A stretch of 64,000 nucleotides of DNA from Amoebophrya sp. A120 (GCA_905178155.1 CAJINV010000002.1:3911838-3975837), one strand, 5' to 3'. Positions 51,501 to 64,000 are shown, counted from the first letter of the stretch. Numbers and translations: made by a program. Notes: generated by a model not told the origin, from the sequence alone.

Positions 51501-54500
51501 CCAGACATTTTTGCATTTGGTATCCGCGAGCAAAATTTCGACATGCTCAAACTCTTGCTCCGCCTGCACTGCTCCCCAGACTTCACAAACAACCCGCTTG
51601 CCCACCTGTTTCTGGTCAGTTATCCAAGAAAAAAAGATTGTAGGTCGTGTACTTACTTTTCTTGGAGGATTAGCATGACAATAGATATCTCATGCGTGAC
51701 AGCATAAACCTGTCATGCGCAGATTGTACGCGAAAACGCCCTTGGATGGGCCCTACAATGCAGGCACAACATGACAGACGCTATCGATTTACATGTTGCG
51801 CATCACAGATTTACACTAACTCTAACAACGTTTGTTTCTTGGATATCAGTCAGGCGAAGTTTAACGAGTTGGTTGAAGAAGAAGAGCTATGCACTGCAAA
51901 AGTACTTATTGCAGTCATGCATTTTTAGTATCACAAATCTAGTTGCTAAGGCAAATCCGCATTACAATTGCCTTTGTAATGCTGAGTCAATTTGTAATGC
52001 AATTTACGCTAGGACTAGTTGTGCGATAGTACAACTTTTGCAATGCATGAGAGCGCGACGACGAGGTGGTGTACTACGGATTGGGCGTCACCGCCCACGG
52101 CGCATCCCATTCCGCGTCCAGGATAAGCAAGAGGGTGAGTACGAACTCGCGCATGGGGATATGCATTGGAACATTGTCCGGGTCTGGAAAATCGAAACTT
52201 GTGATGCTGGTCTTACATTCGTGTGAAATCTGTGATGTTGCATGACCAACAAAAGTCGCGGCCTCTTTTGTTACTTATACAAAAACGCAGGTCTTTGTCA
52301 TGCGGGCTGCGTATGAGCAAGCGTTCCGCAGACTTGTCATGCTTGGCTGCATTCGGAAGCGTTCTCATCATCCACATTTCAGCATCACAAATTTACAGAC
52401 CCAGACATAGTTGCAGTTGATACGGGAGCTCCCGCGACGATTCGAACTCCTCAAGCAGGAAAGTCTCGGGGACCGGGCAGGGAGGTACTTGTACGTAAAA
52501 GGCTTTCTGTTTCTTCTACAGAGGCATTGTACTAAAAGGTTCTTTGACTTTGTCATGCGTAGCAACAGTAAGTGAGATACTATGGCTACGCAAAGAGAAA
52601 GACCTAGTGCTGCAGCTTCTCAGGCTATAAAAGTCTCGTCCCACATGAACATGATGAACATGTTAATGTTTGTGACAGAGAAACCGAACCCGATCTTTTA
52701 TTTTATCAGAAACAAGTGCCGCGACGACCCGGAACTCAACGTCAAACGCACTTTATGCAATGCAAATATGATGTCTGGGTCGGGAAGGTTCTAAACTTGT
52801 GGTGCAGTAGTTTCTGGATTCTGAAAAAATTTGTATGGCAACATGATTAATAGCAAGAGGCAGGACTCCAGTTTGTGCTAGGCGGAGAGGGCATTTCTCA
52901 TGCTTTAGAGGCATGGCGTTGGCGAAAGCCTCTAAAAATCTGATGTGATGCTAGGGCATGCATCACAGACATCAGGGGCCATGCAAAATGTGCTGGTAAT
53001 CTTCCGGACCCAGACATATTTGCATTGCATACATTTTCCCCAAACAAGCCGGAGCGGTCCCCGGTTCCGAGCAAAAGCTCGCCGGCGATGGTGCTGACGC
53101 CCAGAACGCATATGCATGGCAAAAGTATCGCACTCGTATTCATGATCGCGGTCATGCATCACAAAAACAAATCTCAATCCCAAGGTAGATCAGCAGGACA
53201 AATTCCATCTTTTATGCTGAGCTAATTTCCAATGCGACTAGTACTACTAGTCCTAGTAGTGGGATATTACTTTTGCAATGCATAACGCAGCTGCTGCAGC
53301 AACAGGCACTTAATACGGGTGACCAGAATGCGTATCAAAATATGGCATTCTCAAACGTTACATTCTCAACTGTTACATGCGTTTGTGATGCAAGAACAGC
53401 AACAGTGAAATCGTCAAGCTTGCAACTCTCGCATCACAAATTTCGAACAGATTTTAATGCTGTTTAGCCCTTCCAGAATTTGCCATGCGAAGTAACCTTG
53501 GTCGTCTGGCGGCTTATGGCACTTTTGCATGACAAATCATGTAACATTTGAGAATGTAACAGTTGAGAACGCCATACAAAACCTACCGAACACCGTGAAC
53601 CAGCAGCCCAGCACCTCGGCGTCGCTAGCTGCGGGAGAATATGCATTGCAAAAGGATTTCTTCGTATGAAGTAGGAACTGCATGACAAATGAATTTGATA
53701 AGAAATCAAGTTTGTAGTGCTGATTTCGCTACACGAAAGGAATTTCTATTGCAGTAAAGCAAAGGCAATCTCTACGATAGTACCTTTGCGCTGCATACGG
53801 AACTAGTGCATTCAACTTTGCTGCCGACCTCCTCCCAGCAAATTGTCGCACCGGGAGGTACTAGTGCATCAGCCGCATCAGGAATGGGCAATAGCAAGAC
53901 AAATCCCGCTCACGCCTCCCAGTCTTCCAGTAAGGAAAGCGCGAGCGGACAGTCGAAGCTATCCAGCAGCATTGGCGGGAACATCAACTCCCGACAGCAA
54001 TACAACCTGTTCGCGCCGAGCGGCGTTCTTGCAGGTGAAAGTGGCGGAGGTGCAGGATCATTATTTAGCACTTCGTACACAATGACTCCAACAGCAGCAG
54101 GGCTAAACCACGCAGGGGCATCAACAGCTTCGGATCTGAATCTGGAACTGCTGCGCTTTTCTCCGGCGAAGTGTCACGAAATCTGGTTGAAGGAAAACCA
54201 AGTAGCTCTCGCCACCGGTTGTACTAGTAGTTCCAGTGCCACGACATTGGTGACTTCGGCTGGTGCAATGTTGAATAAAGCAACTGCAGTTGTCGCAGCA
54301 GGCGGAAATGCAAGTGCAACAGCCGCTGCTGCGTCTTCAACTTCATCCCAAACTACAGCACAAGAAGTGCGGCAGCTGCTGCAGCTACACAGCAGTAGTT
54401 CAAGTTGTAGCCATTTGGCAAGTACTGGCACTGGTACTACTGGCGGCTCGAAGATGAACACCACCATTCTCACGCAACAGAAAAAGTCGTCGAGTAAACA

Positions 54501-56561
54501 GCAGCCGAAGCTGCTAAGCCAGGTGTTGCAAGAAGTGAATATCTCCTTTTCCGAGTGTCAACTGGTGCAGTGGGACGCCGTGTATGCGGTGGCCGATTTG
54601 CTGGAGAGTGAGAATTATCAAATGTAAAAATGTCGGTCTGGAAGAATTCGAACTTGTGATGCTGCATTTGGATTCTAAAAAAATCTGTATTGCATGACCA
54701 GCAAAGGGAGTGCAATTTTGGCTACGCGGCGAGGGCATTTGTCATGCGGAATAGGGATCACGAAGCCCTCAAAAAGTCTGTGATGCTAGGGCATGCATCA
54801 CAGACATCGTGGCCTATGCAAAACGTGCATGACAACTTTCAGAATCTTCCAGACCCAGACATTTTTACATTTGATAAGAATTTGAACTTTCTCGCAACCG
54901 ACAATCTGCGAACGTTTCTTTCCGGACAACAGCAAGCTGCGAGTCTCGCGCAGCACGATACAGCAGCTTCAGCGAACCCAGGAGCACCGACCTACACCTT
55001 GGAAGACTTCTGTTCCTGGTACCACTCTCTTGCCGCGAAGCCGTACCAGCGCGTCGCGAAATTTTGGCGGTTTTACCAGGAGAAACAGCAGGCAGGCGGG
55101 AACAACGTCGGCCTGATCAATAACATCGGAGGAGGTGCGGGGACGATCTTGCCGGGCGGGGCAGGTGGAGCGACGAACAGCAATCTTCCTCTCGGCGGCG
55201 GGGGCATGTTGAGCGGAGCTGGGGGCGTCGGCGGTTTTTTTTCCAGCGCTTTTGGCGGCGGCGGGGGAGGAGGGAAGGGAGGTGCAACTATTACTACTAC
55301 TACATCGGGGCCAGCTGCAGCAGCAGCGGCAAGTACAAATATAACCACGACTACAACAACAGCTCCTCCAGCTCCAGGCGGGACCACCACCACCGCTGCT
55401 GCACCAAAGCCGCCAGCAACTCCCGCTGCTGCGCCAGTACCTGCGGCTGCTACTCCGAAGGCGGCCCCGCCGGCCCCTAGCAGTGCTGCGTCCTCCGCGA
55501 ATACAGTTGTTGCGCGGGAAGAAAACAAAATCACATCGGCAACAGCTCCTGTGGCACTTATTTCTGCGGAAGAAGGGGACGAGCTACATGATGACAAGCA
55601 GCCGCCGTCCCTGGGCTTGCTGGCTGTGACGTCGACTAGTAGCGTCCGGGACACGGTGATGGTAGAGGATGACGAAGTTGGAACGATGCAGTCGCCGGAA
55701 GCGATGAACTTACGCAGTTCAATATCCCACAAAAACATGTATAAAGTGTTGCAGTTCTTTAGTACACATTTTCTGTTTAAATAAAAACTTCAGCAACGCA
55801 GACAGTCTCTGCATGACCGAAAGAAAAGGGATTTTTACAGGGATGGCCACATCTATCAATCCTGGGAATAAAAGACGTATGAAACTGGGTCACTGAAGAG
55901 CATGATGCCCGGTACTAGCATGACAGAACTTGATGTGTGTCTTGCTCCACTACTTGTGCAGTGCAAGACAGTGTGTACTACTCAAAAAATGCAAGAACAC
56001 TTGAAGCTTTTTGATATGATACTGCGTCCTCGAGAATTCAGACTCTTTCGGCGAGTCCGAAGCCGACGAGTATGCATTGCAAAAGCATCGTACTAGTATA
56101 AATTGCAATACAAATTTGCGCAGCATTACAAATTGAATTTGTGATGCGGATTTGCCTTTAGGAAAAGATTTGTAATGCATAAAAGCAATTAGTACGAGTG
56201 CGATACTTTTGCACAGGATAACGAGCACCTGCCAGTGATCAACAAAGTGCCGTCCAGCTATCAAATGGAAATATGTCTGGGTCCGGAAGGATGCAAGGTT
56301 TGCCATGCACATTTTGCATGACCCCTGATGTCTGTGATGCATGCCCTAGCATCACAGATTTTGTGAGGGCTTTCTGATGCCTATACCGCTTGAGAAATGC
56401 CCTCTTGCCGTCGCAAAAACTGGAGCTTTTTTGCTGTTCATGCAATACAGATTTTTGTAAAATCCAAACGCAGCATCACAAGTTGCATCCTTCCAGACCC
56501 AGACACTTTTGCATTTGATACCAGCCGGGATACCACGATTCGGGATTCCATCGAGGGATAG
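42574..56561 (+). CDS. Very large ankyrin-repeat protein with low-complexity regions
   Basis: Joined exons give LLNSGADPMVKDIEFGKTCAHDLALSG, RGADLRTCRDLYGRTPILIAL, PLHRAIL, SETPLHIAVR. About 31 introners (43459, 43983, 44272, 44659, 44944, 45321, 45648, 46007, 46312, 46888, 47267, 47659, 48123, 48508, 48804, 49268, 49593, 49956, 50208, 50526, 51261, 51621, 51888, 52160, 52754, 53111, 53341, 53640, 54616, 56071, 56259) plus several probable GT-AG introns; likely stop TAG 56559-56561. Could be two genes. Confidence 0.65.
50526..50760. mobile_element. Introner, family I (TIR TATGGCGTTCTCAA.TGTTACATTCTCAACTGTTACATG)
   Basis: Flanks tggaa/cggaa; relative 53341-53576 (caaaa/caaaa). Confidence 0.85.
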
Positions 56562-58143
56562 AAGATTTAACGAGAAAGATAAGTGATGCGGAAAACGGTA
56601 GCCATCGCCTGTTGGTAATAGTACGCTACGTACAAATTCGAAAATGCATAATATATCTCGCAGAACGACAACACGATTACATCAGTAGACCACAAAAAAA
56701 ATCATAGTCCACAGTATCGCTCAAAGAAAAGGAAAAGGAAAAGTTGAGAGACCGTTTACTTTCGTCGATAATGTGCTCCATTTTTTCAGTAAAGAACCTA
56801 TGAAGTGTTTATGCTAGGATAAGTGATTCACGAAAACAAGCTCTCGAGCGGTGGAAAACTGCTCAAAAGAGAAACGTACTGGAAGCTCGTTGTGAAGAAA
56901 TAAACGTCCTTGCTTCATTACAGGAAAAAAAAAAGTTTTTCAAGACGTTGCAGCTTTTACCCACGAAGACGAATAAAAGCGGAAGCAAATTCCTCACGAT
57001 TGGTGTCGATTTAGTACTAGGTTTCGAAGCGTTTCACCGATAGAACATTATGGCATGATAGCAAGATGATTATTCCACTTTGGTGCACCGACCTGTACAA
57101 TGTGATGAAAGAGAAACCAGTTTACTTTATATATTTCCATGATTGCACCACACGAAAAGGAAAAAGTAAACCGAAAGCGAAGTGAGGAAACACACATGGA
57201 AAAGGGGAGCCGATACAATACCTTTGTTTGAATGAAGACAGAAAAAAATAATCGATGAACCCCAAGGACCACCACGGGGCGAAAGATTGACGTGCTTCTC
57301 TCTTTTTCTTCTTCTCTTCGTACTGATGGTCACTCATCTGCTCGTCCAGCTCCAGTGTCCGTAAACTGTTCGTTCATCGTACACCGTACTGTAGGCGTCC
57401 ATCGTACTTCGTATAACTTACTTACTACTTAGCATGCTCCTTCTGTAGATGAAAAATTGTTCTCGTTGCGGTTGTAGACCCTAGTAGACCACATAGGAGG
57501 ACTTGTCGTGTCTGTCACAGGACTACTTGACACTAGCAAGTAGAATGTGCTTCTCGCGTTTTTCTTTGATATATCGTCGACGACGCTGAGAAAAAAAAAA
57601 AAATAAACCTGAGAAGATTGAGATTCTGAAGGAAAGATATACTTGCAAAAGCACATGCGAGAGACGAAAACGATGAGCAGACCGACTAAGAAAGAACTCT
57701 CCGACAAGGATAATACATAGCGTGCGCAAATGGATGAATGTGGTGCAACATCGCTGTTAATATGAAACCAAAAGCACCTTCTCGATTGTCGTTTCCCCAT
57801 CTTCAAACTAGCACGGATAGTACGTACTAGTGCCTGTTTTGCACCATGGCAGTATTGCTCCGTTTTTCGTTGTCGTTTAGTGTTTTCGTGGCTGTTGCAT
57901 CTTCGTCAGCTTTTGTCTCTTAATGTTCCACAACTCGGCAGGTCCTCCCAAGAAGTCGCTTGGAGAAATAGAGTACTTAGAATTTCTTGCAATAATTGTT
58001 GGTGTTTTGAACTTCATAAGGTCGTGGCTCTGGTTTTTATTCTTTGAATTATTTATTACTTTTCCCCTTCTGACCAAGATAAAGATTTGAATTTGATCGA
58101 CGATGATGCACAACGAATCTCCCGCCCCTTCTGATCGCCGAAG

Positions 58144-59572
58144 ATGAGCCACAACGAAGATCTTTGGACCTCAAGAAAAATCGAGGACAGCAAGGACTCA
58201 GACCACATGCTGGGCACCACGATGATATCAAACGGAAAAATCCCCCCTCCCCACATCGAAATGGAAATCTGTGATGCAGGATTTGAGGTACCAAATCGAC
58301 TTGTCATGCTAGAAGGCCAAGAGCCGCAGTCGTGGTCTCGTCTGCAGGCAATTTGTCATGCTGTTTCCCACTCTCAGCTGCCTCCTATCATGCTGAAGAT
58401 GCAAGGCTCCCCCACGCCACCCAGCACTACAGTCCGCATCTTTTCCCGTGTAGCATGACATAGCTGATTTGTGACCACAAATCTGCATCACAGATTTCCG
58501 CTTTGATATGGGGAGGGGGGATTTTTCTTCTTGATAGATGAACTTCAGCTACACGCGAGACCAGATGCTGCACCTTCGTCTATCAAATGTCAAAATGTCT
58601 GGGTCTCGGTCTGGGAGGATGCAACTTGTCATGCTTGTCTGGCATGACTCGAGAATCTGTGTTGCATAGGCACGAAAAGGCCCTCTTACCTGTCACGCAA
58701 AAACGCAGTTTGCCATGCGGAATGCGTAAGACACGGGGGCCAAAAAATTTGTCATGCATAGCTGCGTATTGCAGTCCGTCTACCATTCACTTTTAGCATC
58801 ACAAGTTTCCAGACCCAGACATTTTTGCATTCGATATCGTCCTTCGTCTGACAACATGATCTTGGGCGAACGAACGCTCACGACCGTGGAGAGACCGCCG
58901 ACCCCGGAAGGCTTCGGATCTCGGAAGAAGGCGAAGCAAGAAAGGAAAAGATTGCTAGCGCAGCAGCAAGAGGAGCTGGCAGCCAGTACTACCGCAGCAG
59001 CTGAGACCGCTGTCGAGAAGATGTATTTTTACACGAGAGACCAGATGCTGCACCTTCGTTCCTCGTACGAAGACTTGGGCGAACGAACGCTGACGACCTG
59101 GGAGAGACCGCCGCCCCCAGTAGGCTTCGGAAGTCGGAAGAAGGCGAACCAAGAAAGACAAAGATTGCTAGCGCTGCAGGAGCAGGAGATCCTGGCAGCA
59201 GCTCTGACGGCAGCTAGTAGAAGTACGACCGCTGTAGTCGAGAAGACGGATTACACGAACGTATTGTCAAGCCCGCCCCCTCCTTCTGCTGGACACAAGC
59301 ATCATCTACTTCCACCGCCGCCGCTGCCTTCCGTCCTTCCGCCGCCTGCAAGAAGTTCTCTCCAGCCGCCTTATCACGATAGCCACCAGCGGTACACGTA
59401 CAACTCCGGTAGTAGATCCAGGTCGGCGTTTTTGGAGGATCAACCGCCGACGTTGCCGCAGTACAACTGGGAGCATCAACAACATCAGCTGCACCAGCCA
59501 CCGACGTTGCCGCAGTGGTTCTTGCAGCAGCAACAACCGCTGCACCAAAGTTACTTCGCAAGAAGAACATGA
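58144..59572 (+). CDS. Small protein with a duplicated (F/Y)xYTRDQMLHLR module and Pro/Gln-rich tail
   Basis: Introners 58226-58536 (gatga) and 58581-58836 (tcgtc) removed in frame; internal duplication of about 60 codons; stop at 59572. Confidence 0.7.
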
Positions 59573-60748
59573 TTGATTCCACCCTGTCTTAGAACGGCGC
59601 TCTGAGCAGTGTATAACTTCTTAGCTTTCCCGCCTCTACTCCGCGGTGTAGTTTATTGTTTTTGCCTATGAAGTAGATTTGTTTCTGCATCTGCTCTCCA
59701 CCAGGAAGTACACCGGATAGTTTGATGCGCTTACTTTTTGGAAGAAAAAAGCCCGGAGCTGAAAGCAGAATTGGCCCCATTTGCTTTCTAGCTTGTTGAA
59801 GGTGAAGATCTACTTTGACTTTCCGCATAACACTCGATCTCGACCAGGAAAGCATTGTTTATTCGGTGAAATAAGCAACAAACCGTACTACAGGTACAAC
59901 AGCGTTCTCTATAGAGTTGTTGTGCTGGTTTTGATTCTTCAAATGCAGTTTGTGCAAATCCAAGTACTCAAGGAAGATTTTGATTTTGTTGGCAACTACT
60001 AGCGCAGACGAGGAAAGAATTACTCAAGGGCGAAGACGAGAGTTTGAAGCTGTGTCGGTGTTCATAATTGTCCTGTGGGGGTGTCGGTAGTTCGCGTCGG
60101 CTTTAAATATTCGTCCTTCTCAGGCACTACAAGATTTACGTACACATCATGACATTTTAACAGCTTGTACTATTCGTGCGCCATCTAGTACCAAGCCAAC
60201 CGTCGTTCGTTCATCTCGTCGTTCTCTGGTGCCTAGAAGAACAACAAGTGCCGTCGTTTTTACAACATGATCTTTGTCGTGTTAATATTGTCGTGGTCTA
60301 TGTCTATCTCTATCTCATCTATGTTGAATGCAAGGTAAGACAAAAGTAGCTCATCGTCGTCCATCCATACCAGCACGTCTTGTCGTGCCTGTGTTGTGTT
60401 CTTGCTCTCGTGTACTATTTCGTCGTCGGTTTGTGTAGTTTTTGTGGCTCTTATTGCATCTCGTGATCTACCACCCGTAAGATGACATGAGCTTTAGTTG
60501 TCCCTCGTCCCACAACTCAGGAGCACGTCGTGGCCCCGACTAGTACTCACTTCCAGAAGTATCAAATCTTCTCGTACCTGTTTCGCTTCTCTTTCAATCA
60601 TTTACTATCGTATTCGCCCGAGCAAAGTTTACATTTAGAACTAGAACTGGAACAAGTTCAACGATTTTGTAGAAGAACAAAAAGCAACTAGGTGTAGGTT
60701 TTCATTTTCCAGCTTCTTCTTTTCCAAAAAAAAAAGCAAAACATCAAA

Positions 60749-61769
60749 ATGACTGTTTCTCCTCGCCGAAACAAGAAGAACCACTTCGGCGCTGCGAGCA
60801 CGCTTGTCGCCTCGTGCAGCTTCTTGCAGCAGAGTCTACTACCTTTCGTGGAACAGCAGCACCGCTTTTTTTCCTACGGATTGCAGCTGACCGCACACAA
60901 TAGTAAACAAAAAAGCCTCCACCTGCTGCACCAGAAGCGGCCCACTGCCAAGCAGCGCCCCTCTCACCCGCAGGGCAGCACGACAAGCGGTCCCCCTGTC
61001 AAGCCTCTGCCCTACAACCCTTCGGGCGGCGCAAGCGGTTCTCAAGGTCCCACGGAAGGAGATGATCAACACCATGGAGCAGTTAGTTACTCCTTCCCCG
61101 ACCCTGTCGACGTGCTCCGTCAGGTGCAGAATTTGCCGGCCGGCAGTACTCCTGAGGAACAGGCCACAGTCTGTGCGAATGTGATGACCGTCCTTATGAG
61201 TGTTTGAGGCGTCGTGCCAAAAAGCGTCGGACTTGCACGCCGCTATGCGGAGACAAATCGCAGATCTGCCAATCGATGTGGGGACCGTTTTCAATTGCAG
61301 TCCGGAACTCGGAGGATTTGGGCCGGACATCGCTACTGCCTTCTGTAAGAACGTTGATGATACGTTGTCGCCGACGGACTGAGCTCTAGCTACAGTTGTG
61401 GCCGACGCGGTGAACGCCGCTGGCGAACTGAGCAGCTACCAGGAGCCACCCCTTCAATTGGTGCACGACGCCTGCGAGAAGGTCGGGACTGCTATTCTTT
61501 TTGCCGTGGGTGTGTGCTGCAACCTGGTTGACGACACATGGTACACTTCTTCTATGCCGGACCCTGGTGACCACCAAGATCACCCGGCTGGCCACGCGGA
61601 CGACTGCGCGTCTCTGACCAACGCCGTGATCACGGTGAGCGGAAAAATTCCCTTGTTCTCCCCCTCGAATGGAGAAGTCACACATGATCCCTGTGCCGGG
61701 CTGTCCTTCATCGGCGCCGGAGACCTCAACCCGCTGAACGCTTATTGCGCCTCTGTATCCTCCGGTTGA
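60749..61769 (+). pseudogene. Disrupted Cys-containing hypothetical gene
   Basis: ORF 60749-61207, then a frame change to 61200-61382, then an in-frame TGA and the same frame continuing 61398-61769. Confidence 0.45.
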
Positions 61770-62235
61770 AAAAAAACGTGTTTCCACGACCCCATGGGAC
61801 GTGGAACATTGCATTAAGTGTACACGACGACCCAGAAGTTGTGTTGGGATAGATAGTCACTGACATGGCAAGAAGTAAGTAGGTTTTGGGTTGTATATAA
61901 AAGTCTGCCAGATGCGTAGCTAAGTGAAAATGTAACCGCATCTTCACAAATGCAAATCGACGCCCCTATGCTAATAAACAAGATTTTTAGAAAATGTCTC
62001 TCATGTAGTTGCTGCTGGTCAGCTGCGTGTAAAAAGAGATTTTGCCCGCACGCAGATTTGCATTGGGGTCGTTGGGACCACGTACAACTTTTTACGCCGG
62101 ATATTAGGGAGGCGGGGGTGAAGATCCGAATTTCGATCATTACATGGACCAGATTGCGCTTGCCGGCAATTTTTCCGCAGAAGTTTTTGGCGAGCCAGGA
62201 GGTTTTGACGCGGTTGCAGAAAAAATCACGGTCGA

Positions 62236-63987
62236 TATCATATGCAAAAACGTCCCCACCCCATAGTCAAGATTGATGGGAACGTAGCAACACAAATCCA
62301 GAAGTTTTTGGAGCCACGCATGACAAGTTGCAGTCCGTAGCGTGGTGCATGTTAGCAAGGACAGCCGCATCACAAATACATCTGTTTATACTGTTTGCAG
62401 CATTACAAACAAGGTCATGGCGCGGGGACAGAGTCCCCGCGCTGCGACCTTGCGGCGAAGAAGGGCCACCCGCGGTGGCTTTTCTTGCCCATGATGCGGC
62501 AGGTTTTTTTTTTTGCGACAGAACGGGGTGGCTTGGCGCCCGTGGTGCCGGCGCCCCCCCTGGAAAAATGCGGCTTTTTCTGCGCCCCTGGGCGGGGCGC
62601 CCCCCCCAAAGGACTACCCACGACCAACCGAGGGCGCGGCCGTCCGGGAGGTTGTTCTCCCGAACCAGGGCGCGCGGGCCTGTTTCTGCGCCCCTCCGCG
62701 GGGCGCCTCCCCCAATGGACTACCCAAGACCAACCGAGGGCGCGGCCTTACCTCCAGGGCGCGTGGACCTGTTTCTGCGCCCCTTGGCGGGGCGCCCCCC
62801 CCAAAGGACTACCCACGACCAACCGAGGGCGCGGCCGTCCTGGAGGTTGTTCTCCCGAACCAGGGCGCGCGGGCCTGTTTCTGCGCCCCTCGGCGGGGCG
62901 CCCCCCCAAAGGACTACCCAAGACCAACCGAGGGCGCGGCCTTACCAGGGCGCGTGGACCTGTTTCTGCGCCGCTGGGCGGGGCGCCCCCCCCGAAGGAC
63001 TACCCGCTACCAACCGAGGGCGCGGCCTTCGTGGAGCCTGTTCTCCCGAACCAGGGTGGGCGCGCGGACCTGTTTCTCTCTGCGCCCCGGGGCGGGGCGC
63101 CCCCCCCAAAGGACTACCCAAGACCAACCGAGGGCGCGGCCTTCCCAGGGCGCGTGGACCTGTTTCTGTGCCCCTGGGCGGAGCGCCCCCCCCAAAGGAC
63201 TACCCACGACCAACCGAGGGCGCGGCCTACCTGGAGCCTGTTCATTCTCCCGAACCAGGGTGGGCGCGCGGACCTGTTTCTGCGCCCCTGGGCGGGGCGC
63301 CCCCCCAAAGGACTACCCACGATCATGTGAGGGGGGGCGCGGCCACCTTCCTGGGGCCTGTTCTCCCGAACCAGGGCGCACAGACCTGTTTCTGCGCCCC
63401 TGGGCGGGGCGCCCCCCCCAATGAATAGGCAGCCAACCTTTGGCCCCCGGGGTCGGGCCTGACTCTTGAAAAGCGGCCCCCGGGGTCGGATGTTCCTTTT
63501 CCGAAGTCGGGTGGGGGGCATGTTTTGAGTTGTGCAGGAGGTTTTTGCCGATTCAGGTCGTGTTTGTTTGATACCCCGGAACAGGGGTCGGAACATACCC
63601 CGGAACACACCCCAGAACACACCCCGAAACACACCCCAGACCATGCCCCGAAAGCCACTTTCCGACAGTCAGGTCCGGGGTCGGGCCCGACTCTCGAAAA
63701 GTGACCTCCGGGGCCGGGTGTCACTTTTCCGGAGTCAGGTGTGGGGTATGTTTTGGGGGGTGCATGAGGAAATGGCCGAGTTAGGTCGTGATTGATACCC
63801 CGGAACATGGGTCGGAACATACCCCGGAACACCCCCCAAGTGATCACTTTTGGGCAGTTGCTGCAGTTTAAATAGTAATGCCAAAAGACGATAGGAAATG
63901 CCTCCCTTGGGGACGCGCATTACAAATGTTCCTGTAATTGCATATCTGCAGGACAGCTCTGGGGTGGGGACGTTTTTACACAGGATA
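62236..63987. mobile_element. Family C introner expanded by an internal insertion of about 1.47 kb
   Basis: TSD gtcga/gtcga; the two halves match the reverse complement of 812-1103 on either side of about 62410-63878. Confidence 0.85.
62575..63420. repeat. GC-rich tandem repeat (about 8 units of roughly 85-125 bp)
   Basis: Core cctgtttctgcgcccctgggcggggcgcccccccaaaggactacccacgaccaaccgagggcgcggcc reiterated; followed by ataccccggaaca-type repeats at 63570-63840. Confidence 0.9.
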
Positions 63988-64000
63988 GTCGATCAGGCTG

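Noticed and set aside
3237-58796. Many short ORFs containing [15 protein letters not shown] or [10 protein letters not shown] as a protein family
   Set aside because: They are translations of the family A TIR in different frames
1-59000. CRISPR array from the recurring TGTCTGGGTCTGGAA repeat
   Set aside because: Copies occur as inverted pairs about 250 bp apart with TSDs, the sequence between pairs is exon, and there are no cas genes
61380-61382. In-frame TGA as evidence of codon reassignment or selenocysteine
   Set aside because: The same locus also has a frameshift, and the rebuilt genes (with one unresolved junction near 33925) need no internal stops and end at standard ones
62328-63847. 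300-366 aa repetitive ORFs
   Set aside because: Artefact of a stop-poor GC-rich tandem repeat inside an element

Overview
Eukaryotic, gene-dense DNA with every recognisable gene on the + strand. The architecture most resembles the marine parasite Amoebophrya (Syndiniales, dinoflagellate lineage); this taxon is inferred, not proven. About 85 short (145-360 bp) elements with terminal inverted repeats (TIRs) interrupt the coding exons. They fall into at least 10 TIR families and almost all begin TAT(C/G/T), end (G/C/A)ATA and sit between 5-bp direct repeats (TSDs). Removing an element plus one TSD copy restores the reading frame, shown by rebuilding a complete DRG GTPase, so they behave as non-GT-AG introner introns alongside a few ordinary GT-AG introns. 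Genes: a DUF4116-repeat membrane protein (5' partial), an adenylate kinase-like protein, an FHA protein, DRG GTPase, a Branch/core-2 glycosyltransferase, a large ankyrin protein, a small protein with duplicated eIF4E/4EHP-type motifs, and a probable pseudogene. The most unusual signals are two larger exon-interrupting elements each flanked by a 38-bp direct repeat, an internal TTGTNATGC motif array whose spacing is conserved, nested insertions within introners, and clustered distances between elements. Coordinates were read by hand and may be off by a few bases.
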